47,097 nt of DNA, from NCBI GenBank assembly GCA_036796435.1, contig DAIRCY010000006.1:3604-50700 (forward strand). Reading direction: 5' to 3'. The position numbers were made by a program, and so were the translations under genes. Within the stretch, counting starts at the first letter, position 1. Each line of letters begins with the position of its first letter. The notes beneath the pieces are model-generated. The model worked only from the letters and a program-made list of their open reading frames with translations, was not told the DNA's origin and ran no database searches. The stretch is from Acidimicrobiales bacterium. GTDB lineage: Bacteria > Actinomycetota > Acidimicrobiia > Acidimicrobiales > RAAP-2. Below, piece by piece: positions 34,781-43,350 of this stretch.

Positions 34781-35215
34781 TCAGATGTAGCCCGTCTCGT
34801 CCGGCTCGTCGTCGTCGACGACCCGCGCGCACGTCGGGCAGTACCAGCGCGTCTCGAGGGGGGTCCCGCACTCGCCGTGCACCGGGCCCTCCGCCGGTGC
34901 GCCGGCCTGCTCGGCGCCCCATCGGGCGAGGAGCCTGAGCACCCCGGCCAGGTCCTCCCCCGAGGTCGACAGAGCGTAGGCGTAGCGGGGCGGCCGGTCC
35001 GAGTAGGGGGTCGCGACCAGAAGCCCGAGCCCCTCGAGGTGGCGCAACCGCTGGGCGAGGACGTTGGTGGCGATCCCCCCGAGCGACGCCTGCAGCTCGT
35101 TGAAGCGCATCGGACCGTCGAGGAGCGCCCCGACGACCAGGAGCGACCACCGGTCGCCCACCCGCGCAAGGGCCGCGTCGAGCCCGCCGTCAGATCGTGC
35201 CTGCACGTGGGCCAT
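34781..35215 (-). CDS. HxlR-family transcriptional regulator with a C-terminal Cys/His extension
   Basis: Internal ATG of ORF 34781..35815. ...GDRWSLLVVGALLDGPMRFNELQASLGGIATNVLAQRLRHLEGLGLL.... The tail is HGECGTPLETRWYCPTCARVV. Confidence 0.85.
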   Translation of the reverse strand: MAHVQARSDGGLDAALARVGDRWSLLVVGALLDGPMRFNELQASLGGIATNVLAQRLRHLEGLGLLVATPYSDRPPRYAYALSTSGEDLAGVLRLLARWGAEQAGAPAEGPVHGECGTPLETRWYCPTCARVVDDDEPDETGYI

Positions 35216-35318
35216 TTTCACCGCTGGCGACGTTGCCCGCACCGTCAATGGTAACTTGCAACTGACAAGTGAGTGCCCGGGATACGTCAGGGCCAGGGAA
35301 GCGGCGAGGGAGGTACCG

Positions 35319-36233
35319 ATGGCGGTGTTCGAAGAGGTGCAGCAGGCAGTCGAGAAGGTGGCCGCATCCGTGACGGCGGGCGTGGTACGGATCGGCCGAG
35401 GGCCGGGCCGCGGGGCGGGCTTCGTCGTGGCGGAGGACGCCGTCCTCACCAACGCCCACAACCTGCGCGGCGCCGAGACCACGGTGACCTTCGCCGACGG
35501 CCGCGTCGAGCGGGGCTCCGTCGCCGGCGTGGACCTCGACAGCGACCTCGCAGTGCTCCGCGTCCCGACCGCTGGCGCGGGGGCGCTCGACTGGCACGAC
35601 GGCGAGGTCCAGCTCGGCTCGACCGTGCTCTCGCTCAGCACGCCGCACGGCGCAGGGGCTCGGGTGACCGTCGGCACTGTCTCGGCGACCGGCCGGCCGT
35701 TCCGCGGCCCACAGGGCCGCCTCGTGCGCGGCGGTCTCGAGCACACCGCGCCGCTCGCCCGTGGGTCCTCGGGGAGCCCGCTCTTCGACACCGACGCCAA
35801 GCTCGTCGGCATCAATACGCACCGGATCGGCGAGGGCTTCTACCTCGCGATCCCCGCCGACGCGCAGCTGCGCACCCGTGTCGAGGCGCTCGCACGCGGC
35901 GAGTCGCCCCGGCGCCGCTATCTCGGCCTGTCGTTGCTCCCGGCGCGGGCGGCACGGCGGCTGCGCGCCGCCGTCGGGCTGCCCGAGCGCGACGGACTTC
36001 TCGTGCGCGACGTGGACGGCGAGGGACCGGCCGCGCAGGCGGGCGTGCGGGCCGGCGACCTGCTCGTCGAGGCCGGCGGAAGGCCGCTGCACTCCCCCGA
36101 CGACCTCTTCGACGCGCTCGGCGCGCTGGGCGACGGGGAGACCCTCGGCGTCCGGGTCGTGCGCGGCGCCGAGGAGCTGGAGCTCGAGATCGCCTTTGTG
36201 GACGAGGCCGGAGGCGGGACCGGCACGGCCTGA
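35319..36233 (+). CDS. Trypsin-like serine protease with a PDZ domain (HtrA/DegP-like); no signal peptide or TM helix
   Basis: In-frame ATG of ORF 35064..36233, preceded by GAGGGAGG. Catalytic triad contexts TNAHNL, DSDLAVL and GSSGSPL. The C-terminal PDZ-like segment is ...GLLVRDVDGEGPAAQAGVRAGDLLVEAGG.... Confidence 0.85.
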   Translation: MAVFEEVQQAVEKVAASVTAGVVRIGRGPGRGAGFVVAEDAVLTNAHNLRGAETTVTFADGRVERGSVAGVDLDSDLAVLRVPTAGAGALDWHDGEVQLGSTVLSLSTPHGAGARVTVGTVSATGRPFRGPQGRLVRGGLEHTAPLARGSSGSPLFDTDAKLVGINTHRIGEGFYLAIPADAQLRTRVEALARGESPRRRYLGLSLLPARAARRLRAAVGLPERDGLLVRDVDGEGPAAQAGVRAGDLLVEAGGRPLHSPDDLFDALGALGDGETLGVRVVRGAEELELEIAFVDEAGGGTGTA

Positions 36234-36319
36234 CGGCTGCCGTCGCCCGGCGGCTAACCTCTCGCGCGTGCGTAGCTGATCCCTGTCGAGCCCGTCCACC
36301 CCAAGCTCCAGGAGATCAC

Positions 36320-37996
36320 GTGTCCGCGCCGTCCCAGCCGCTCTCGCAGTTCGCCACCGTCGCCGTCCGCGGCGTCACCGTCCACCGAGGCCTCGCGCCG
36401 GTGCTCGTGGACGTCGATCTCACCGTCGGCCCGGAGGACCGGATCGGAGTCATCGGCCCGAACGGCGTCGGGAAGACCACGCTGCTCCGGATCCTCGCGG
36501 GCGAGCGACACCCGGACTCGGGCACCGTCCGGGTGACCCCGCCCACAGCGACCGTCGGCTACCTCGCCCAGGAGCCCGAAGCGCGCCCGGGCGAGAGCCT
36601 CGCCGAGCACCTCGCGCGCCGGTCGGGTGTGGCAGGCGCCGAGCGGGAGCTCACCGAGGCCGCGGCGGGTCTCGCCGGAGGAGGGCCCGGGGCCGACGCG
36701 CGGTACGCCACGGCGCTGGAGCGGTACCTGGCGCTCGGCGTGGCCGACTTCGAGGCACGCCGCGGCGAGGTCCTCGACGACCTCGGCCTCGACGCCCAGC
36801 TCCTCTCGGTGCCGACCGCCGGTCTCTCCGGCGGCCAGCGCGCCAAGGGGGCGCTCGCGTCGCTCCTCCTCTCCCGCTTCGAGGTGCTCCTGCTCGACGA
36901 GCCGACCAACGACCTCGACTTCGATGGGCTCGACCGGCTGGAAGCCTTCGTCACCGCGCGCCAAGGGGGCCTCGTCGTCGTGTCGCACGACCGCGCCTTC
37001 CTCGAGCGCGTGGTGTCGTCCGTGCTCGAGATCGACGAGGCCAGCCACCGCGCCGCCCTCTACGCCGGCGGGTTCAACGCCTACCTCGACGCCCGGGAGA
37101 CCGAGCGCCGCCACGCGGAGGAGCGCTACGAGAACTACGTGGCCGCCCGGGACCGACTCCGCGCGCGGGAGCGGGAGCAGCGCGAGTGGGCGGTCGAAGG
37201 GGTCCGACGGCAGAAGAAGCGCCCGCGCGACAACGACAAGGCACAGCGTGACTTCCGGATCAACCGGACCGAGAAGCAGGCGTCGAAGGTACGCATCACC
37301 GAGCGGGCCCTCGAACGACTCGACACCGTGGACAAGCCCTGGGAGGGATGGCGGCTCGACCTCGACCTTCACGCCGCGCCGCGCTCGGGTGACGTCGTCG
37401 GTCGGCTGGAAGGGGCAGTCGTGAAGCGCGGCGACTGGCAGCTGGGCCCCGTCGACCTGGCGGTCTTCTTCGGTGAGCGGGTCGCCATCCTCGGTCCGAA
37501 CGGCTCTGGGAAGTCCACGCTCCTCGCTGCGCTGCTCGGGGACACCGAGCTCGACGAGGGGCGCCGGGTCCTCGGGCCGTCGGTCGTCGTCGGCGAGCTC
37601 CACCAGTCGCGCGCACGGTTCGCCTCGGGCGACGACGGCCTCCTGGAGCAGTTCCTCGACCTCACCGGTCTCGCGCTCGCCGACGCGCGCTCGCTGCTCG
37701 CGAAGTTCGGGCTCGGCGCAGAGCACGTCGCGCGTCCCGCGGCGTCCCTGTCGCCCGGAGAGCGCACCCGCGCGGAGCTCGCCCTCTTGATGGCGAGGGG
37801 AACCAACTGCCTCGTGCTCGACGAGCCCACGAACCATCTGGACCTGCCCGCGATCGAGCAGCTCGAAGACGCCCTGGCGTCGTGGTCCGGCACGCTCCTG
37901 CTCGTCACCCACGACCGGAGGCTTCTCGAAGAGGTCGCCCTGACCCGCCGGATCACCGTCTCGGGCGGCCGCGTCGTCGAGGACGTCCCTGCCTGA
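36320..37996 (+). CDS. ABC-F family ATPase (two NBDs, no TM domain); possible ribosome-associated/ARE-type factor
   Basis: In-frame GTG of ORF 35273..37996. Walker A motifs GPNGVGKTT and GPNGSGKST. Signatures LSGGQRAK and LSPGERTR. The inter-domain linker is highly charged: ...RAREREQREWAVEGVRRQKKRPRDNDKAQRDFRINRTEKQASK.... Confidence 0.88.
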   Translation: MSAPSQPLSQFATVAVRGVTVHRGLAPVLVDVDLTVGPEDRIGVIGPNGVGKTTLLRILAGERHPDSGTVRVTPPTATVGYLAQEPEARPGESLAEHLARRSGVAGAERELTEAAAGLAGGGPGADARYATALERYLALGVADFEARRGEVLDDLGLDAQLLSVPTAGLSGGQRAKGALASLLLSRFEVLLLDEPTNDLDFDGLDRLEAFVTARQGGLVVVSHDRAFLERVVSSVLEIDEASHRAALYAGGFNAYLDARETERRHAEERYENYVAARDRLRAREREQREWAVEGVRRQKKRPRDNDKAQRDFRINRTEKQASKVRITERALERLDTVDKPWEGWRLDLDLHAAPRSGDVVGRLEGAVVKRGDWQLGPVDLAVFFGERVAILGPNGSGKSTLLAALLGDTELDEGRRVLGPSVVVGELHQSRARFASGDDGLLEQFLDLTGLALADARSLLAKFGLGAEHVARPAASLSPGERTRAELALLMARGTNCLVLDEPTNHLDLPAIEQLEDALASWSGTLLLVTHDRRLLEEVALTRRITVSGGRVVEDVPA

Positions 37997-38010
37997 TCAA
38001 GGAATGACTT

Positions 38011-39015
38011 TCAGCCTCCGGCGAACGCAGGCACCACGTGTTCGCCGTAGGCGGCGAGCGTCGCGTCCTGCGAGTCGTGCATGAGGTAGATCGCGAAATG
38101 CGAGACGCCGAGCGACTCGAGCTCGCGCAGCTTCGCGACGTGGTCCGCCACCGTCCCGAGGACGCAGAACCGGTCCACGATCTCGTCGGGGACGAACTCG
38201 GTGTCGGGGTTGCCCGCACGGCCGTGGTGGGCGTAGTCGTAGCCGGTCCGGCGCTCGATGTACGAGGTGAGCGCGGCGGGGACCGCCCCGGACTCCTGGC
38301 CGTAGCGCGCGACGAGGTCGGCGACGTGGTTGCCGACCATGCCGCCGAACCAGCGGACCTGCTCGCGCTGGTGGGAGAGGTCGTCTGAGACGTAGGCGGG
38401 GGCCGCCGCACAGACCGTGAGCTCGTCGGGATCGCGTCCCGCCGCCTCGGCCGCCGCGCGGGCGCGCCCGATCGCCCACTCGACCACGAAGGGGTCGGCG
38501 ATCTGGAGGATGAGCCCGTCGGCCTCCCGTCCGGCGACCTCGAGCGCCTTCGGGCCGTACGCGGCCATCCACACTGGGAGCGCCCCGTCGTGCACCCAGG
38601 GGATCCGGACGGTCGTGCCGTGGAGCTCGACCTCCCTGCCCTCCGCCAGCGCCTTCAGCGTGCGGATGCAGGTCGCGAGCTCTTCGAGCGTCGTCGGCCG
38701 CTCGCCGATGACCCGGACGGCGGAGTCCCCGCGCCCGATGCCGCAGATCGTCCTGTTGCCGAACATGTCGTTCAGCGTGGCGAAGAGGGACGCGGTGACC
38801 GGCCACTCCCTCGAGCGGGGGTTCGTCACCATCGGCCCGACCGAGACGCGCCCGGTCGCTTCGAGGATTCGCGAGTAGATGACGAAGGGCTCCTGCCACA
38901 GAACCGGGGAGTCGAAGGTCCACACGGAGGAGAACCCCGCCGCCTCGGCGCGCCGCGCGAGCTCGATGAGCCGCGTCGCCGGCGGATCGGCCTGCAGCAC
39001 CATGCCGAAGTTCAT
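38011..39015 (-). CDS. LLM-class (F420- or FMN-dependent) oxidoreductase
   Basis: ORF 38011..39015. MNFGMVLQADPP...AEAAGFSSVWTFDS.... The ATG overlaps the dihydropyrimidinase stop (ATGA). Confidence 0.85.
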   Translation of the reverse strand: MNFGMVLQADPPATRLIELARRAEAAGFSSVWTFDSPVLWQEPFVIYSRILEATGRVSVGPMVTNPRSREWPVTASLFATLNDMFGNRTICGIGRGDSAVRVIGERPTTLEELATCIRTLKALAEGREVELHGTTVRIPWVHDGALPVWMAAYGPKALEVAGREADGLILQIADPFVVEWAIGRARAAAEAAGRDPDELTVCAAAPAYVSDDLSHQREQVRWFGGMVGNHVADLVARYGQESGAVPAALTSYIERRTGYDYAHHGRAGNPDTEFVPDEIVDRFCVLGTVADHVAKLRELESLGVSHFAIYLMHDSQDATLAAYGEHVVPAFAGG

Positions 39016-40448
39016 CGTCCAAGGCCCTCGTAGCGCCGGGGCGGCACGTCGATGCCGCTGTAGCGCGAACGCATGACGAACCGTCCGTGCCCTTCGCGCC
39101 CGGTGAAGCGGCCACCGTCTATGACAACCTCACCGCGTGAGACGACGGTGTCGACGCACCCCGTCACCGCCGTGCCCTCGTACGCCGAGTAGTCGACCGC
39201 CATGTGGTGGTGCTCGGCTGACAACGTGTGCGTCCGTGCGGGGTCGTAGACGACGATGTCGGCGTCGGCGCCCGGGAGCAACGATCCCTTCTTCGGGTAG
39301 AGCCCGAACAGGCGTGCAGGCGCCGTCGACGTCAGCTCCACCCAGCGGGCGAGCGAGATCCTTCCGCTCACCACCCCCTGGTACACGAGGTCCATCCGGT
39401 GCTCGACGCCCGGCAGACCGTTCGGGATCTTCGAGAAGTCGCCCCGGCCGAGCTCCTTCTGGTCCTTCATGCAGAAGGGGCAGTGGTCCGTCGAGACGAC
39501 CGAGAGGTCGTCGGTGCCGAGCCCCCGCCAGAGCGCCTCGTGGTGCGCCCGGGCGCGGATCGGGGGAGAGCAGACGTACTTCGCACCCTCGAGGTCCGGG
39601 CCGGCCATGAGCGACTCGTCGAGGAACAGGTACTGCGGGCACGTCTCCGCGTACACGGCGCGACCCTCGTCGCGTGCCGAGGCCACCTCGGCGAGCGCCT
39701 CCATCGCCGACAGGTGGACGACGTAGAGGGGACAGCCGGCGACGTCTGCGAGCACGATCGCCCGGTGGGTCGCCTCGCCTTCGAGGACCGACGGTCGGGT
39801 CTCGCCGTGCATGCGCGGCTCACCCTTGCCAGCTGCGAGCGCCTGCGCGACGAGCACGTCGATCGCGATCCCGTTCTCCGCGTGCATCATCACGACCGCG
39901 CCGGTGTCGGCCGCGGCCTGCATCGCCTGGAGGATCTTGCCGTCGTCGGAATAGAACACGCCCGGGTAGGCCATGAACAGCTTGAAGCTCGTCACGCCGT
40001 CGTCGACCAGGCCGTGCATCTCCTTCAGCACGGCGTCGTTCACGTCCGACAGGATCATGTGGAAACCGAAGTCGATCGCGCAGTGACCCTCCGCGCGGCT
40101 CATCCAGGTGTCGAGCCCTTCGCGGGCCGACCCCCCGCGCGGCTGGATGGCGAAGTCGACGATGGTCGTCGTCCCGCCGTGCGCGGCGGCGCGCGTGCCG
40201 GTGAAGAAGGTGTCCGCAGAGAAGGTGCCCCCGAAGGGCATCTCCATGTGCGTGTGCACGTCGATCCCGCCGGGCACGACGAGCTTGCCGGCGGCGTCGA
40301 TGTGCCGCGCGTCGACGGAGCCGGAGACGGAGCCCGAGCCCCCCGGGGCGAGCAGCGCCGCGACCTGCTCGCCTTCCACGAGCACGTCGGCGCGGACGGC
40401 GCCCGACGCGGTCACGACCGTCCCGCCCTCGACGAGGAGCCGGCTCAT
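39012..40448 (-). CDS. Dihydropyrimidinase / D-hydantoinase
   Basis: Internal ATG of ORF 39012..40799. GGIDVHTHMEMPFGGTFSADTFFTGTRAAAHGGTTTIVDF, and FKLFMAY (carbamylated-Lys context). The ATG overlaps the upstream stop (ATGA). Confidence 0.92.
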   Translation of the reverse strand: MSRLLVEGGTVVTASGAVRADVLVEGEQVAALLAPGGSGSVSGSVDARHIDAAGKLVVPGGIDVHTHMEMPFGGTFSADTFFTGTRAAAHGGTTTIVDFAIQPRGGSAREGLDTWMSRAEGHCAIDFGFHMILSDVNDAVLKEMHGLVDDGVTSFKLFMAYPGVFYSDDGKILQAMQAAADTGAVVMMHAENGIAIDVLVAQALAAGKGEPRMHGETRPSVLEGEATHRAIVLADVAGCPLYVVHLSAMEALAEVASARDEGRAVYAETCPQYLFLDESLMAGPDLEGAKYVCSPPIRARAHHEALWRGLGTDDLSVVSTDHCPFCMKDQKELGRGDFSKIPNGLPGVEHRMDLVYQGVVSGRISLARWVELTSTAPARLFGLYPKKGSLLPGADADIVVYDPARTHTLSAEHHHMAVDYSAYEGTAVTGCVDTVVSRGEVVIDGGRFTGREGHGRFVMRSRYSGIDVPPRRYEGLGR

Positions 40449-41284
40449 GGCGCCACCAGGGGTCCGTAGGCTTCCGGGCGCCGGTCGCGGTAGAAGGCCC
40501 AGAGTTGTCGCACCTCCTCCAGCATCGCCATGTCGAGGTCGCGCACGATGACCTCGTCCTCGGAGTCCGAGGCCGCCTCTCCCACGATCCGGCCGCGTGG
40601 GTCGCAGAAGTACGAACCGCCGTAGAAGTCGTCGTCGCCGAGCGGTTCCACGCCCACCCGGTTGATGGCACCCACGAAGTACTCGTTCGCCACGGCGGCG
40701 GCCGGCTGCTCCAGGTTCCACAGGTACGCGGAGAGGCCGCGGCTCGTCGCCGAGGGGTTGAAGACGATGCGCGCCCCGGCGAGGCCGAGCGCCCGCCACC
40801 CCTCGGGGAAGTGGCGGTCGTAGCAGATGTAGACACCGATGCGCCCCACAGCGGTGTCGAAGACGGGAAAACCGAGGTTGCCGGGCCGGAAGTAGTACTT
40901 CTCGTAGAACCCCTTCACCTGGGGGATGTGGTGCTTTCGGTAGATGCCGAGTTGGGTCCCGTCGGCGTCGACCACGACCGCCGTGTTGTAGTAGACGCCA
41001 GGCTGCTCCTCTTCGTAGATCGGAGCGACGATCACCATCCCGGTCTCCCGGGCGAGCTCCTGCACCCGCTCGGTCGTCGGGCCGGGGATCGGTTCCGCGT
41101 ACGAGTAGTGCTCGGGCTCCTGGACCTGGCAGAAGTACGGGCCGTAGAAGAGCTCCTGGAAGCAGAGCACCTGCGCGCCCTGCGCGGCGGCCTCCTTGGC
41201 CAGCACGAAGTTCTGCTCGACCATCGTCTCCTTGTCGCCGGTCCAGCGCGTCTGGATGAGCCCCGCCGTCACGATCTCCGCCAT
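40445..41284 (-). CDS. Beta-ureidopropionase-type carbon-nitrogen hydrolase (nitrilase superfamily)
   Basis: ORF 40445..41284, preceded by GGAAAGGAGGAGG. E-K-C triad contexts CFQELF, YRKHHIP and VYICYDRHFPE. ...IVFNPSAT...LW..E...AAVAN..F..AINRVG... closely parallels eukaryote-type beta-ureidopropionase as I recall it. Confidence 0.85.
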   Translation of the reverse strand: MAEIVTAGLIQTRWTGDKETMVEQNFVLAKEAAAQGAQVLCFQELFYGPYFCQVQEPEHYSYAEPIPGPTTERVQELARETGMVIVAPIYEEEQPGVYYNTAVVVDADGTQLGIYRKHHIPQVKGFYEKYYFRPGNLGFPVFDTAVGRIGVYICYDRHFPEGWRALGLAGARIVFNPSATSRGLSAYLWNLEQPAAAVANEYFVGAINRVGVEPLGDDDFYGGSYFCDPRGRIVGEAASDSEDEVIVRDLDMAMLEEVRQLWAFYRDRRPEAYGPLVAP

Positions 41285-41407
41285 CGCCTCCTCCTTTCCT
41301 TTCGCTCGGTCATCTTCCGCTCAGTCCAGCACTCTCCGGCAACCGATGCCGGACAAGCGCCGCCGTCGTGCCCTCCGCCCGGAGGCGGCCCCGCGTCGTG
41401 CGGCGCG

Positions 41408-42385
41408 TCAGAAGGTGAGCGGGTGCTTCGCCATCATCGTCACGATGTCGTAGACGACGGTCGCCGCGGCGAGCGCCGTGATCTCGGCGTGGTCGTAGGC
41501 CGGCGCGACCTCGACCACGTCGCCGCCCACGAGCGGGATGCCCTCGAGGCCGCGCAACAGGTGCAGCAGCTCCCGGCTCGTCACGCCACCCATCTCGGGC
41601 GTCCCGGTGCCGGGCGCGAACGCGGGGTCGAGCACGTCGATGTCCACCGACAAGTACACGGGTGCGTCGCCGACCCGGCGCCGGACACGTGCGACGGTCT
41701 CTTCCAGCCCGATGCGGTCCAGGTCGCCGGCTCGCACGATCTGGAAGCCGAAGCGCGCGTCGTCCCGCAGGTCCAGCTCGTCGTAGATCGGTCCGCGGAT
41801 TCCCACGTGCACCGAGTGGTCCGCGAGCAGCAGCCCCTCCTCGAAGGCGCGACGGAAGACGGTCCCGTGCGTGAGCGGCGAGCCGAAGTAGGTGTCCCAG
41901 GTGTCCAGGTGGGCGTCGAAGTGAACGAGGGCGACCGGCCCGTGGAGCTCGTTGACCGCCCGCAGGAGGGGCAGCGCGACGGTGTGGTCGCCTCCCATGG
42001 TGACGAGCCGCGACCGGTTGGCCAGCAGCGCTCGGGCGTGGTCGCGGATCTGGTCGATCGCGACTGTGAGCTGGAACGGGTTGACCGGGACGTCGCCCGC
42101 GTCGACGACCTGGACCTTCTCGAGTGGTGCGAGACCGAGCTCGGGATGGAAGGCGGGGCGGATGTTGCGCGAGGCGGTCCGCACCGCGATCGGCCCGAAC
42201 CTCGCGCCCGGACGGAACGAGGTGCCGTTGTCGAAGGGCGCGCCGAGCACAGCGATGTCGTAGCGGTGGACCTGGTCGACCGCAGGCAGCCGGACGAAGG
42301 TCGCGGCGCCGGCGAAGCGCGGCACCGTGGTCCCCGGGACGGGAGCCACGATGGGGTCACGGTCTGCGTTCGTGCGCTCGGTCAT
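41408..42385 (-). CDS. Ureohydrolase of the agmatinase/arginase family
   Basis: ORF 41408..42385. Mn-binding motifs GGDHTV, HFDAHLD and SVDIDVLDP. Confidence 0.9.
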   Translation of the reverse strand: MTERTNADRDPIVAPVPGTTVPRFAGAATFVRLPAVDQVHRYDIAVLGAPFDNGTSFRPGARFGPIAVRTASRNIRPAFHPELGLAPLEKVQVVDAGDVPVNPFQLTVAIDQIRDHARALLANRSRLVTMGGDHTVALPLLRAVNELHGPVALVHFDAHLDTWDTYFGSPLTHGTVFRRAFEEGLLLADHSVHVGIRGPIYDELDLRDDARFGFQIVRAGDLDRIGLEETVARVRRRVGDAPVYLSVDIDVLDPAFAPGTGTPEMGGVTSRELLHLLRGLEGIPLVGGDVVEVAPAYDHAEITALAAATVVYDIVTMMAKHPLTF

Positions 42386-43255
42386 CTAGGCGCGACCTCC
42401 GTTCCCGTCGAAGGGGTGCGGGAAGGCCCTCGGCGCGGGTCCGACCTCCCGGGTGTGTGCGGCGATCTCGGCCATGGTGGCCACCCACAGTCCGTCCAGC
42501 GACTCCATCCGCTCGACGAGCCGCTCGAGGGCGGCGAGGCGCGACGGCCGGCCGCTCAGGAAGGGGTGGTTGGTGAGGACGAAGCAGCAGCCCTCACGGT
42601 AGAAGGCGTCGAGCTCGAGCGTCCACATCTCGAGCACCTTGGCCGGGCTCTCGATGAGCCCGCTCCCGGTGATCCCGGGCACGTAGGCGTACTGCTCCCA
42701 GTCGTCGAGCGCCCAGTGGACCGGGATCTCCACGATGTCGCGGGCCCCGGAGCCCGCGTGCTCGGCCAGGACGTAGGGGACCTCGCAGTCCATCATCGAG
42801 CTGTCGTAGAGGAAGCCGCGGTCGATGAGAAGGGACGGGGTGTGGAAGTTCAGCTCCCACAGGGGCGCCCTGTACCCCACGGGGCGCCCCGCTCCCGCCT
42901 TGTCGAGGGCCTCGAGACCCCGGTCGATCATGCGAGCCTCGTCGTCGCGCGTCATGCCGATCGTCGACTCGTGCAGGTAGCTGTGGTGCGCGATCTCGTG
43001 ACCGGCCCGTGCGATCTCGTCGACCACCGAGGGATACCTCTCCGCCGTGAACCCAGGGACGAAGAAGGTGGCATGCAGCCGATGCCGCTCGAGAAGCCTG
43101 AGGATGCGCGGCACGCCGGTGAGAGGCCCGTACGCCTGATGGGACATCACCGTGAGCCGAGCGGCCGACGACGGGTCGGCCGAGAGCAGCGCCGACTCGG
43201 CGTCGACGTCGAAGGTGAGCGCGGCCGCGGCGACCTTTCCTTCGGGCCACCGCAT
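42386..43255 (-). CDS. Polysaccharide-deacetylase-fold hydrolase (PuuE allantoinase-like)
   Basis: C-terminal part of ORF 42386..44701. LTFDVDAES, HATFFVPG, GHEIAHHSY. The start is ATG 43255, or TTG 43300 preceded by GGGAG. The stop abuts the next gene's start with a 0-nt gap. Confidence 0.8.
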   Translation of the reverse strand: MRWPEGKVAAAALTFDVDAESALLSADPSSAARLTVMSHQAYGPLTGVPRILRLLERHRLHATFFVPGFTAERYPSVVDEIARAGHEIAHHSYLHESTIGMTRDDEARMIDRGLEALDKAGAGRPVGYRAPLWELNFHTPSLLIDRGFLYDSSMMDCEVPYVLAEHAGSGARDIVEIPVHWALDDWEQYAYVPGITGSGLIESPAKVLEMWTLELDAFYREGCCFVLTNHPFLSGRPSRLAALERLVERMESLDGLWVATMAEIAAHTREVGPAPRAFPHPFDGNGGRA

Positions 43256-43350
43256 GGCGGCCGGACGCGCGGTCGCATCCTGCGTGCCGTGCGCGCTCAA
43301 CGACAGCTCCCGACAGCCATGCAGGGCGCCTCCCGCGCGCTGGCGGACGG

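Noticed and set aside
35273-36319. N-terminal 349 codons of ORF 35273..37996, which would make a 907-aa ABC-F
   Set aside because: This part overlaps the HtrA-like gene in another frame and is Arg/Gly/Ala-rich. The ABC-F domain begins at the GTG at 36320. The same logic trimmed ORFs 4135..5958, 5786..6754, 6932..8863, 10024..11166, 10893..12194, 15727..17166, 16745..18274, 21530..22972, 29349..32084, 31403..32527, 34156..35169, 34781..35815, 39012..40799 and 42386..44701.
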